Source: Minisyncoccota bacterium (GTDB taxonomy: Bacteria > Patescibacteriota > Minisyncoccia > Phycocordibacterales > Phycocordibacteraceae). From it: 64,000 nt of DNA. Under the pieces are notes generated by a model. It worked only from the letters and a program-made list of their open reading frames with translations, did not search any database and was not told the origin of the DNA. The stretch lies in NCBI GenBank assembly GCA_022842945.1, contig JALHOO010000003.1, forward strand, positions 14,458-78,457. The letters are read 5' to 3'. Shown in pieces: positions 46,742 through 55,470 of this stretch (positions within the stretch are counted from its first letter, which is position 1; every line of letters starts with the position of its first letter). The position numbers were made by a program, and so were the translations under genes.

Positions 46742-47644
46742 ATGGCATCAACCCTCTACCAACAGCGTTCACGCAATGTGCTCAAGACCTATGCCCTCAT
46801 GGCTGGGTTCTTGGTTGTAGTTATTGCTATTGGGTGGGCGATCTCTTGGTACTACGGCAACCCAGCCATCCTCTACGGCGCGGTAGTCTTCTCCCTCATC
46901 ATGAACGTAGGGAGCTACTGGTTCTCGGATAAGATTGCGCTTTCGATGAATGGCGCACGCCCGGCCTCGCGAGAGGAGTTCTTCGATCTCTATACCGTTA
47001 CGGAGAACCTCGCCATAACAGCGGGGCTTCCCATGCCTCGACTCTACGTTATTGAAGATCCCGCACCCAACGCATTCGCAACTGGACGAGACGAGAAGCA
47101 TGCGGTTGTTGCCGTCACCACCGGACTTCTTGCGATACTCGACCGCACAGAGCTTGAGGGTGTTATCGCGCACGAGCTCGCGCACATCCAGAACAAGGAC
47201 ATGCTCGTTATGACGGTTGCGGTTGTGCTTGCAGGGTTTGTGGCAATTGTCGCTGACATCTTCCTTAGGATGTCTTTGTTTGGTGGAGGCGGACAGGAGC
47301 GTGACAGCAGGGCAGGTGTTCTCTTTATGGTGCTTGCGGTTGTAGCAATTATCCTTGCACCCATCGCCGCCCAGCTCATCCAGCTCGCTATCTCTCGAAG
47401 GCGTGAGTTCCTCGCCGACTCTTCAGGCGCTCTTCTTACGCGCTATCCCGAGGGCCTCGCGTCTGCACTCCAGAAGATTGCCAGCGATGGTACGCCGATG
47501 CGCCGCGCGAATCACGCAACGGCGCACCTCTTCATAGGAAATCCGTTTGGAAGTCAGGCGGGGAAGTTCATGAACAAATTGTTTGCGACACACCCGCCGG
47601 TTGAAGCAAGGGTTGCGGCACTTATGGGCAGCAAGGCAGAGTAG
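46742..47644 (+). CDS. htpX: Protease HtpX (M48 family zinc metalloprotease)
   Basis: Four TM helices, HELAHIQNKD (HExxH) and a downstream EFLAD motif. Confidence 0.85.
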   Translation: MASTLYQQRSRNVLKTYALMAGFLVVVIAIGWAISWYYGNPAILYGAVVFSLIMNVGSYWFSDKIALSMNGARPASREEFFDLYTVTENLAITAGLPMPRLYVIEDPAPNAFATGRDEKHAVVAVTTGLLAILDRTELEGVIAHELAHIQNKDMLVMTVAVVLAGFVAIVADIFLRMSLFGGGGQERDSRAGVLFMVLAVVAIILAPIAAQLIQLAISRRREFLADSSGALLTRYPEGLASALQKIASDGTPMRRANHATAHLFIGNPFGSQAGKFMNKLFATHPPVEARVAALMGSKAE

Positions 47645-47687
47645 AAAGCTGTACACAGAAAGTACACAAGTTTTATAGATATTTTAT

Positions 47688-47721
47688 CTGTGCTTTATCT
47701 GAAATCCGTACCATTAGTTTA
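47688..47721 (+). terminator. Perfect 14-bp-stem hairpin (htpX terminator candidate). Its 3' arm contains the first ATG of the homing-endonuclease ORF
   Basis: GAAATCCGTACCAT-TAGTTT-ATGGTACGGATTTC followed by TTCGCTT. Confidence 0.5.
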
Positions 47722-48392
47722 TGGTACGGATTTCTTCGCTTCAGTATCCTAAAAAGAGTCACCGGAAAGTGGTTACACTTCCTGATCCTTCGATTGAGCT
47801 TGCAGAGTTCTTCGGCATCATGATGGGTGACGGGGGAATCAACAATGCGTGGCAGGCGAATATTTGTCTCAACTCAGTTGCAGACAAAGACTTCGTCGTC
47901 TATGTCTGCACAGCTATAAAGAAGCTTTTTGGAATTCAACCATCTGTATTCAAGTGCAAGAACAGCCAAGCTACAAAGATACTCATTTCTAGTGTTGCTC
48001 TTGTCGATTTTTTAGTCGACAAAGGACTTAAAAGAGGAGGCAAGCTCAAAAATGGATTATCTATTCCGGAATGGATACTTGGTAGTACTGAATACAAAAT
48101 AGCCTGTGTGCGGGGACTTATGGATACTGACGGTTGTTTATATATTCACAAGCATACAGTTGCAGGAAAGATCTATAAGAATATTGGTCTTTGCTTTTGC
48201 AGTCACTCACCTGTAGTTATTGCGCAGATATGCGCGGTATTTGAAGAATTCGGCATTATCCCGCATATTAGTAATCAGGGCCGCAGTATCTATCTATATA
48301 AGGAAAGTGCTGTGGCTCGGTATCTTGAGGTGTTTAGTACCTTAAATGAACGTATACGTTCGGTATACAAGAAATTCGGAGGCGTCTCATAG
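47721..48392 (+). CDS. LAGLIDADG-family homing endonuclease (double-motif, free-standing)
   Basis: Two motifs, LAEFFGIMMGDGGI and VRGLMDTDGCLYI. The gene is AT-rich relative to its flanks and its last 15 nt overlap tRNA-Ser. Confidence 0.8.
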   Translation: MVRISSLQYPKKSHRKVVTLPDPSIELAEFFGIMMGDGGINNAWQANICLNSVADKDFVVYVCTAIKKLFGIQPSVFKCKNSQATKILISSVALVDFLVDKGLKRGGKLKNGLSIPEWILGSTEYKIACVRGLMDTDGCLYIHKHTVAGKIYKNIGLCFCSHSPVVIAQICAVFEEFGIIPHISNQGRSIYLYKESAVARYLEVFSTLNERIRSVYKKFGGVS

Positions 48393-48462
48393 CGGTCTAG
48401 TGAGCACGCTTGGAAAGCGTGTGAACCGAAAGGTTCCGAGGGTTCGAATCCCTCCGCCTCCG
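48378..48462 (+). tRNA. tRNA-Ser (anticodon GGA), no encoded CCA
   Basis: Acceptor stem GGAGGCG/CGCCTCC. Three-bp D-stem with GG in the D-loop. Anticodon stem-loop CACGC-TTGGAAA-GCGTG. Long variable arm GAACCGAAAGGTTC. T-arm GAGGG-TTCGAAT-CCCTC. Discriminator G. Confidence 0.85.
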
Positions 48463-48497
48463 CACAGATTAGTGATTAACATTAGTGTCACGCACAT

Positions 48498-49418
48498 ATG
48501 AAAGCAGTTATTTGTGAAAAATATGGACCTCCAGAGGTTTTAAAAATACGTGAAGTCGATACGCCGTCACCGAAGACTGACGAAGTCTTAATAAGAATCA
48601 TGGCTACGGCCGTTAACTCCGGCGATGTGCGAGTCCGAAGTCTCGGGGTTTCCGGAGTAATGAGAGTAGTCATGCGTGCTGTGCTCGGATTTCGTGGGCC
48701 GCGCAAACAGATTCTGGGAGTTGCGCTTTCGGGTGTCGTAGAAGCTGTGGGAGATCGAGTAACGAAGTTTAAGGTGGGTGATGAGGTGTATGCTGCTACT
48801 GGCTTCGGTTTCGGCACGTATGCGCAGTACACGACCCTGTCAGAAAACAAGGCGATTGCGCTCAAGCCTAGAAAAGCTTCGTTTGAAGAAGCAGCGGTAA
48901 TACCCTTCGGCGGTACCACGGCTCTATACTTCCTCCATAAAGCGGGCATTGAAGAGGGTAGAGGCAAAAAGGTTTTGGTGTACGGTGCTTCGGGTGCCGT
49001 TGGAACAGCAGCCGTTCAGATTGCAAAGCATTATGGTGCTGACGTAACTGCGGTGTGTGGAGAAGATGGTGTGGGCCTGGCGTCATCCCTTGGAGCCGAC
49101 ACCGTCATCGTCTACACCAAAGAGGACTTCACTACTAGTAAGGAACAGTACTCGATTATCTTTGATGCTGTGGGTAAAACTACAAAAAAAGCATGCACAC
49201 AGGTACTCGCCCCAAATGGTGCTTTTGTAACCGTAGGAGGTCTTGATACGGCGTCTGAGACCAAGGCACAGTTAGATTTCCTAAGTGAGCTGTTTGATAC
49301 GGGTGCATACAAAGCAGTTATCGACCGCACATACACACTCGATGAAATTGTCGAGGCACATCGCTATGTTGATCAGGGTACAAAGAAGGGTAATGTGGCC
49401 ATTAACATTTCCAGTTAA
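48498..49418 (+). CDS. Zinc-binding alcohol dehydrogenase / NAD(P)-dependent MDR-family oxidoreductase
   Basis: MKAVICEKYGPPEVLKIREVDTPSP..., the nucleotide-binding site VLVYGASGAVGTAAVQIAK and a GroES-like N-terminal domain. Confidence 0.8.
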   Translation: MKAVICEKYGPPEVLKIREVDTPSPKTDEVLIRIMATAVNSGDVRVRSLGVSGVMRVVMRAVLGFRGPRKQILGVALSGVVEAVGDRVTKFKVGDEVYAATGFGFGTYAQYTTLSENKAIALKPRKASFEEAAVIPFGGTTALYFLHKAGIEEGRGKKVLVYGASGAVGTAAVQIAKHYGADVTAVCGEDGVGLASSLGADTVIVYTKEDFTTSKEQYSIIFDAVGKTTKKACTQVLAPNGAFVTVGGLDTASETKAQLDFLSELFDTGAYKAVIDRTYTLDEIVEAHRYVDQGTKKGNVAINISS

Positions 49419-49501
49419 GACCTTCTTGGCCGTGAATTCCGGAAAAGATTGAGCTTGAACTAGAATATACTTGCAGCTTTCAATCTCTGATACATCACAC
49501 C

Positions 49502-49990
49502 ATGTCTATCAAACTAGCAGTAGCATCTGCCATTCTTGCAATCGCTATAGTCGGTACAGGAGTCTTCTTCTTCATGCAAAACAACAAGGTTGCTACAGAA
49601 GAATCTGAGCGCACGTCTTTGGTTAGAGACTCAGTGCCAACGGTAGTCGAGACCGTGCAGGACTTTGAGTTTGAAATAGTGGCTTCTCCTGAGGCACGTG
49701 CCCAAGGATTGTCTGGTCGTGCAGATGTACCTCCCGGATACGGCATGCTGTTTGTGTTCGATGTGTCTGAGCGGTATGGGTTTTGGATGAAAGATATGCT
49801 CGTGTCTATCGATATCATCTGGCTTTCAGACAACGGCACCATAATCGGCATCGAGGAGAATGTCTCGCCTGCAACATACCCAACGGCGTTCCAGCCGCCC
49901 GTTCCCGTGCGTCTTGTTCTTGAGACGCGCGCGGGAGAAGCGGGAGCACGGGGATGGAGTGTGGGAACACGGATTCCACTCCCGCTCTAG
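49502..49990 (+). CDS. DUF192 domain protein (secreted)
   Basis: N-terminal signal/TM region, then ARAQGLSGRADVPPGYGMLFVFD..YGFWMKDMLVSIDIIWLSDNGTII, matching DUF192. Confidence 0.7.
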   Translation: MSIKLAVASAILAIAIVGTGVFFFMQNNKVATEESERTSLVRDSVPTVVETVQDFEFEIVASPEARAQGLSGRADVPPGYGMLFVFDVSERYGFWMKDMLVSIDIIWLSDNGTIIGIEENVSPATYPTAFQPPVPVRLVLETRAGEAGARGWSVGTRIPLPL

Positions 49991-50004
49991 ATATGAAAGA
50001 ACCC

Positions 50005-50035
50005 GCTTGCGCGGATTCTTTCAATTGTTCGGACC
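50005..50035 (-). terminator. Terminator after rnpB
   Basis: Minus strand GAAUCCGCGCAAGCGGGUUC followed by UUUCAU. Confidence 0.55.
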
Positions 50036-50037
50036 GG

Positions 50038-50351
50038 ACTATAAGCCGAATTCTGTCTAGGACGACCATCTATCTGGGACGTACGTTGCCGTACGCCTCG
50101 AGCGGCGCTCCCGCTTTCACGGGCACGGCCTTGCACAGCGGTAAGGATTTAGCCGTTTCAGTCTGACGTTGCAGTCAGCCCATCCTCCAAGAAGGATCTC
50201 TAGTCTTTCGACATCGAGCGTTTCTGTTCGCACCTCGCGCATCACTGCGGACGGGCGTTACCCGCTACCATGCTGCTCCTAAGAGCCTGTGTTCGGACTT
50301 TCCTCCCTACCTCCCTAAAGGAGGGTAGAGCGATCGTCACATCCGGTCCTC
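50038..50351 (-). ncRNA. rnpB: RNase P RNA (rnpB), bacterial type, compact (~314 nt)
   Basis: The minus strand reads GGACCGGAUG...GGGAGGUAGGGAGGAAAGUCCGAACACAGG...GGUAACGCCCG...CGUGAAAGCGGGAGCG...ACAGAAUUCGGCUUAUAGUCCGGUCC. This contains the universal GGAGGAAAGUCCG, GGUAACGCC and ACAGAAnnCGGCUUA blocks. P1 pairs GGACCGGA with UCCGGUCC. Confidence 0.8.
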
Positions 50352-50479
50352 ATAGATAATACAACGAACCTACATAAAAGCAATCAAGTGCATGTAGTCA
50401 GTCCACAGATGTTTCCCTAGGCGTCACTTCAAGCAGGGTATACTACCTAGTATTACAAGGGCCGTTTTTATCTTTACCT

Positions 50480-52894
50480 ATGCACGAGAATCACTCTGGA
50501 GAGAACGTAGTACGCCGTAGGCGCCTGTCGTTCGATATTGCTACGAATTGGGCAGTAGTACTTACGTTCGCGCTCAGTGTTATTGCGTTTATTCCTGTAA
50601 ACACGATTCCGTTTCTTTATACAAAGGTAACGGTTCTGGCGCTCGGTGTCCTCGTGACGCTCGTGCTCTTCATACTTGCGCGTCTCACGCGCGGAAATGC
50701 CATCATTCCACCACTCCCGCTTCTTGCGAGTCTCTGGATTGTGCCGTTCGCATACCTCCTGTCCTCGCTCTTCTCAGGAGCCGGCGTCGGTGCCTCATTC
50801 TTCGGTACGGAGCTTGAGTCCGACACCTTTGGGTTCATGCTGCTTCTCGCGACATTCGCAACGCTTACGGCCCTAGCGTTCCGTCGCACCGCAACCTACC
50901 GGATGTTCTATGGTGTTGCAGCTATCGTTACCGCACTTGTTGTTGTGAGTCAGGTACTTGTGGTTATCGTTAGTCGTTTTGCACCAACCATCATCGCTCC
51001 AACCACCAACCTTGTTGGTTCGTTCGTTGATATGGGCATGTTCCTCGGTCTTGCTCTCGCTACGGGTCTTCTCGCGCTTCGCCTCCTAACGCTTTCTTCG
51101 AAGACGCGCACCATGATCTATGTAGGGGGCGGTGTCGCACTCTTCTTGCTCGCGCTCGTTAACTCGGTTGTGGTGTGGGTGCTTGTGGCACTTGTCGCGC
51201 TCGCACTCTTTATTGAGGCAATCATGCGTAACCGTGCGTCAGGAGACCAGACTGATCTTGATGGTGTTGCACTTCTTCTTGCTGAGGAAAGCGACGATTT
51301 ACCGCAGTCCTCTCGCTCACTTATTGCTCCGCTTGCAACACTCGCTATCGCGCTCTTCTTCCTTATTGGAGGCTCAACCATCGGCAACGCCCTTGCGAGC
51401 GGGTTTGGAATTAGTCTCGTTGATGTTCGTCCATCGTGGCAGTCAACCTTTGATGTGGGTAGTCACACGTATGCATCGTCCCCGCTCTTTGGTTCAGGTC
51501 CCGGCACGTTCGACACTCAGTGGGTTAAATTCCGTGATCGTAGTTTGAACGACACACTCTTCTGGAACGTTGACTTTGTATCGGGTATTGGAACCATTCC
51601 AACCTCGTTTGTAACGACGGGTCTCATGGGAGCACTTGCCTGGATTGGATTCATTGGTCTCTTCCTCTTCTTTGGTCTACGCGCACTCTTGATGCGCCTC
51701 CCAGAGGATCCGTTCATCCGCTTCGTATCCGCTTCTTCATTTGTGGGAGCGCTCTACGTGCTCGCGCTCGCAGTGTTCGCGGTCCCAGGGGAACTCGTCC
51801 TCCTCTCTGGGTTCCTACTCTTGGGTATCTTCATCTCGTCGTTGCGCTACGGCACTGACGCGAGAGAGTTCGGTATTATCTTCGCGCGCAGTCCTAAGGT
51901 TGGATTCATCATTGTGTTCGTGCTCACGCTCTTGCTCCTTGCTTCAATCCTAGCGGCATATGTTGTAGTTGAACGATATCTTTCGAGTATCGCGTACGCA
52001 GAATCTGCAACCGCGCTTCAGGCTGGAGACCTTGAGAGAGCAAACAATGCGGCAAATCAGTCCATTACATTCTCTCCGAGCGATAGGGCGTACCAGCTTA
52101 TATCTGCTATTGGTATTGCTCGCATGAATCAGGTGGCAAGTGACACAACGCTTGCACAGGCAGACGCACAGACACAGTTCCAGGCTGCACTCTCCGGCAG
52201 TATTAGTGCCGCGCTTGCTGCAACGAAGCTCAATCCAAACGACTACCGAAACTGGGCAATGCTTGGAAACGTGTACCAGACCGTTGTGCCGCTTAAGATT
52301 GAAGGCTCCTATGACAATGCGAAGAGTGCGTACGATCAGGCAATCGCACTCAACCCTACAAGTCCCGCACTTCCGTTCGTAGTAGCGCAGCTTGAGATTG
52401 CGAACGAGAACCCGGTTGCAGCGGGAGAGTCACTCATGGCAGCCATTACCCTCAAGCGTGACTACACGCAGGCTATCTTCCTCCTCTCTCAGCTTGAGGC
52501 ACAGCAGGGTAGGGCTCGCGAGGCGCTCGAGGCGGCAGAGGCGGCAGCGTACTTCGCACCGAACGACCCAACGGTTCTCTTCCAGGTTGGTATCCTCCGT
52601 TCTGCTAACGGCAACAATGCGGGAGCAATTGCGGCTCTTGCACGCTCCGTAGAACTCAATCCTCAGTATGCCAACGCACACTTCTTCCTGGCGGTTATGC
52701 AGGCTATTGCAGGCAATTACCCAGCGGCAACCGCACAGCTCGAGTTTGTTGCAGGTCTCTCGCCAGAGAATGCAGAGGCCGTGGCAGCAGACCTTGCGGC
52801 CGTCCGTGCAGGAAGGAACCCGTTCCCACCTAGTCGTCTTGGCGCACTTGGTATTCCTCAGGCCCCTCTTAGGGAGACTGCACCCGTTCAATAG
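50480..52894 (+). CDS. Polytopic membrane protein with O-antigen ligase/Wzy-like N-terminal domain and C-terminal TPR repeats
   Basis: About 12 TM helices over the first ~480 aa, then TPR-like repeats (NWAMLGNVYQTV..AKSAYDQAIALNP, VELNPQYANAHFFLAVMQ). Confidence 0.55.
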   Translation: MHENHSGENVVRRRRLSFDIATNWAVVLTFALSVIAFIPVNTIPFLYTKVTVLALGVLVTLVLFILARLTRGNAIIPPLPLLASLWIVPFAYLLSSLFSGAGVGASFFGTELESDTFGFMLLLATFATLTALAFRRTATYRMFYGVAAIVTALVVVSQVLVVIVSRFAPTIIAPTTNLVGSFVDMGMFLGLALATGLLALRLLTLSSKTRTMIYVGGGVALFLLALVNSVVVWVLVALVALALFIEAIMRNRASGDQTDLDGVALLLAEESDDLPQSSRSLIAPLATLAIALFFLIGGSTIGNALASGFGISLVDVRPSWQSTFDVGSHTYASSPLFGSGPGTFDTQWVKFRDRSLNDTLFWNVDFVSGIGTIPTSFVTTGLMGALAWIGFIGLFLFFGLRALLMRLPEDPFIRFVSASSFVGALYVLALAVFAVPGELVLLSGFLLLGIFISSLRYGTDAREFGIIFARSPKVGFIIVFVLTLLLLASILAAYVVVERYLSSIAYAESATALQAGDLERANNAANQSITFSPSDRAYQLISAIGIARMNQVASDTTLAQADAQTQFQAALSGSISAALAATKLNPNDYRNWAMLGNVYQTVVPLKIEGSYDNAKSAYDQAIALNPTSPALPFVVAQLEIANENPVAAGESLMAAITLKRDYTQAIFLLSQLEAQQGRAREALEAAEAAAYFAPNDPTVLFQVGILRSANGNNAGAIAALARSVELNPQYANAHFFLAVMQAIAGNYPAATAQLEFVAGLSPENAEAVAADLAAVRAGRNPFPPSRLGALGIPQAPLRETAPVQ

Positions 52895-52909
52895 CGTTCG
52901 TACGGGCGC

Positions 52910-54592
52910 ATGGTACGAAAGATACTCACGTCGCTTGCAGGGCCTGTACGTGGTCTGCATCAGGCCGCGTACGTGCTTGCAGGGTTAACGCTCGCGTCTC
53001 AGGCTCTTGCGCTCCTGCGTGACCGATTGTTCGCACACAGCTTTGGCGCAGGCGACGTACTCGACTTGTACTACGCTGCTTTCAAGGTGCCGGACTTGGT
53101 CTTCGCACTTGTAGCGTCCTTGGTGTCAGCGTACGTGCTTATACCACGCATTGCCGGAGGATCTCGTGCTCAGTCTCGAGAACTCATATCGCAAACCGCG
53201 TCGTTCCTCTTGATTGGGGGCGGCGCGCTTTGCGCGGTGTTAGCACTCTTTGCGCCCACGCTTCTCTTTGCGCTCTTTCCGAATGCGCAAGATTCGGTGC
53301 ATGCAGAATCGTTTGTGCTCCTTGCCCGCATTCTTCTCATCCAACCCATTCTTCTCGGGCTCTCGGGAATTGTAACGAGCGTGACGCAGGTGCGCAGACG
53401 TTTCTTCTTGTTTGCGCTTTCTCCGGTGCTCTACAACCTCGGCATCATATTCGGCACGCTCGCGCTCTACCCTCTGTATGGTTTGCCGGGCATTGGTATG
53501 GGTGTGCTTATAGGAGCGTTTGCGCATCTCTTGATCCATATACCCGTGCTTGCGGGAGAGAAGCTCTTGCCACGGCTTGTGGTGCCGTCTCCGCGCTTAT
53601 TGTGGGGTGTGATACAGGACTCGGTGCCGAGGTCACTCGCGCTCGCTATGGGCTCTATTACCGCGCTTGCCCTTACTATTCTTGCGGCGAGAACGGGTGA
53701 GGGGAGTATCGCAGTGCTATCACTTGCCATGAACTTGCAGGCAGTACCGCTTTCCCTCATTGCCGCCTCCTATGCAACGGCTGCGTTCCCGGTGCTTGCA
53801 CAGAGTATGGAAGAGAAGAAGTATGATGCGTTCAAGGCGACGCTTTCAGCAGCCGCACGTCACATCGTATTCTGGTCTGCGATTCTGTCGGTGCTCATTC
53901 TTGTTATGCGGGCACACATCGTGCGTATTGTGCTCGGGACCGGTGCGTTTGACTGGGATGCAACCAGACTTACCGCAGCCATTCTCGCCATACTGGTTAT
54001 TGGCCTTATGGCGCAGGGTATCGTATTGCTTGCGTCCCGTGCGTTTTACGCAGCGCAGAGGTCCTGGAACCCGCTCCTTATTCAGGTTGGAGGCCTTATC
54101 GTCTCTATTGGAAGCGCTATCGGTCTTCTTATGCTTGCGCAGGCATTCCCACCAGTTCGCTACTTCGTAGAGGCGCTACTGCGCGTTGAGGATATACCGG
54201 GAACAGACATTCTCCTCATTGCCGTAGGTGCCATGCTCGGCCAGGTCTTCATGGGCTTCCTTGCGCTTGTTACGCTTCGCACAGTTGCGCCTGGGGTGAG
54301 TCGTTCACTCGAGCGTCCGGTGTTCGAGGGGGCTGCAGCGGCCATACTTGGAGGCGCCTCTGCGTATGGGGTCCTTTCGTTCTTTGGAAACCTCGCGCCA
54401 GCCACCACCCTCCTCTATGTCTTCACTGAAGCCGCTCTCGCTGGTATGGTGGGTCTAGTGGTGTCTGGTGCGGTTCTGGCTCTCCTTGCCAACAAGGAGT
54501 TTAAGGACCTCTCAGACTCTCTACGGCGTCTCAAGCCCTCGACCGCCCTTGCGCCTTCCGGGCCGGTCTTATCTGATCGCTCGGATGCGTAG
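52910..54592 (+). CDS. murJ: Lipid II flippase MurJ (MviN)
   Basis: N-terminal AYVLAGLTLASQALALLRDRLFAHSFGAGDVLDLYYAAFKVPDLVF and 14-TM architecture. Confidence 0.85.
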   Translation: MVRKILTSLAGPVRGLHQAAYVLAGLTLASQALALLRDRLFAHSFGAGDVLDLYYAAFKVPDLVFALVASLVSAYVLIPRIAGGSRAQSRELISQTASFLLIGGGALCAVLALFAPTLLFALFPNAQDSVHAESFVLLARILLIQPILLGLSGIVTSVTQVRRRFFLFALSPVLYNLGIIFGTLALYPLYGLPGIGMGVLIGAFAHLLIHIPVLAGEKLLPRLVVPSPRLLWGVIQDSVPRSLALAMGSITALALTILAARTGEGSIAVLSLAMNLQAVPLSLIAASYATAAFPVLAQSMEEKKYDAFKATLSAAARHIVFWSAILSVLILVMRAHIVRIVLGTGAFDWDATRLTAAILAILVIGLMAQGIVLLASRAFYAAQRSWNPLLIQVGGLIVSIGSAIGLLMLAQAFPPVRYFVEALLRVEDIPGTDILLIAVGAMLGQVFMGFLALVTLRTVAPGVSRSLERPVFEGAAAAILGGASAYGVLSFFGNLAPATTLLYVFTEAALAGMVGLVVSGAVLALLANKEFKDLSDSLRRLKPSTALAPSGPVLSDRSDA

Positions 54593-54639
54593 TTTTCAAT
54601 AATCGCGCTACAAGCTCACGGCATGGTAAAATTGCTCGC

Positions 54640-55470
54640 ATGGGAAGAACAAAGATTCTCATACCTGAAGCTGAGTTGCGACATCTCTATGAAGATGAGC
54701 GTTTATCTCCTGCAAAGATAGCCCAGAAATTTAATTGCACGTCCATAACAATCCGGTCTCGTCTCATTGAAGCGGGAATACCTCTTAAAACTAAAAGTGC
54801 CGCACAGACAAAGTACCCGAAGTATGATTTTGATGGCACTGATCTAGAAAAGGCATACATGCTGGGCTTCAGATATGGAGACTTGAATGTATACCAGCCG
54901 GCAGGTGCCTCAGAGACTATTGTGGTACGGTCACACTCGACACACCTAGTTCAGGGTGATCTTTTTAAGAGGCTGTTCGAACGATACGGAACCATAACGG
55001 TCCATGCAAATGAACGGAGCACCCAAATGAACTGCTATTTAAATTCAAGCTTTAGTTTTCTTCTTAATAAATATCCTCGAGAGATGCGCTCATGGCTTTC
55101 TTCCAACGAGGCATTCCTTTGGGCATTCGCAGCAGGATATAGCGATGCCGAGGGAACATTTGGACTTAATCAAGGCAAGGGACGCTACAAGATTGATTCG
55201 TATGATTTTGAAATACTTTCTGATATCCATTCACTACTTGCCAGGAACGATATACGGACCACTTTTCGTGTAATAGCAAAGAAAGGCGAGAACGATTACG
55301 GTTGGATATGGAAGGAGGATTTATGGAGGTTGTCAGTAAATGAAGCAGGTTCTCTTGAAAGATTGATCTCAAACCTTAAACCGTTCTCACTTCACAAAAA
55401 GCGCGTTAAAGATGCAAATATGGTATTACAGAATATAGCGACCAGAAGACACAATGGAACAATCTCGTAA
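54640..55470 (+). CDS. LAGLIDADG-type homing endonuclease-like protein with N-terminal helix-turn-helix
   Basis: Motifs AYMLGFRYGDLNV and FLWAFAAGYSDAEGTF. N-terminal HTH LSPAKIAQKFNCTSITIRSRLIEAG. AT-rich gene. Its last 17 nt overlap the lepA start. Confidence 0.6.
   Translation: MGRTKILIPEAELRHLYEDERLSPAKIAQKFNCTSITIRSRLIEAGIPLKTKSAAQTKYPKYDFDGTDLEKAYMLGFRYGDLNVYQPAGASETIVVRSHSTHLVQGDLFKRLFERYGTITVHANERSTQMNCYLNSSFSFLLNKYPREMRSWLSSNEAFLWAFAAGYSDAEGTFGLNQGKGRYKIDSYDFEILSDIHSLLARNDIRTTFRVIAKKGENDYGWIWKEDLWRLSVNEAGSLERLISNLKPFSLHKKRVKDANMVLQNIATRRHNGTIS

Noticed and set aside
47645-48462. Group I intron inside tRNA-Ser hosting the LAGLIDADG ORF
   Set aside because: The complete tRNA-Ser, including its 5' acceptor strand GGAGGCG at 48378-48384, lies downstream of and overlapping the ORF end. 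No upstream tRNA 5' exon (a second GGAGGCG or D-arm) is present, so the endonuclease gene is free-standing.
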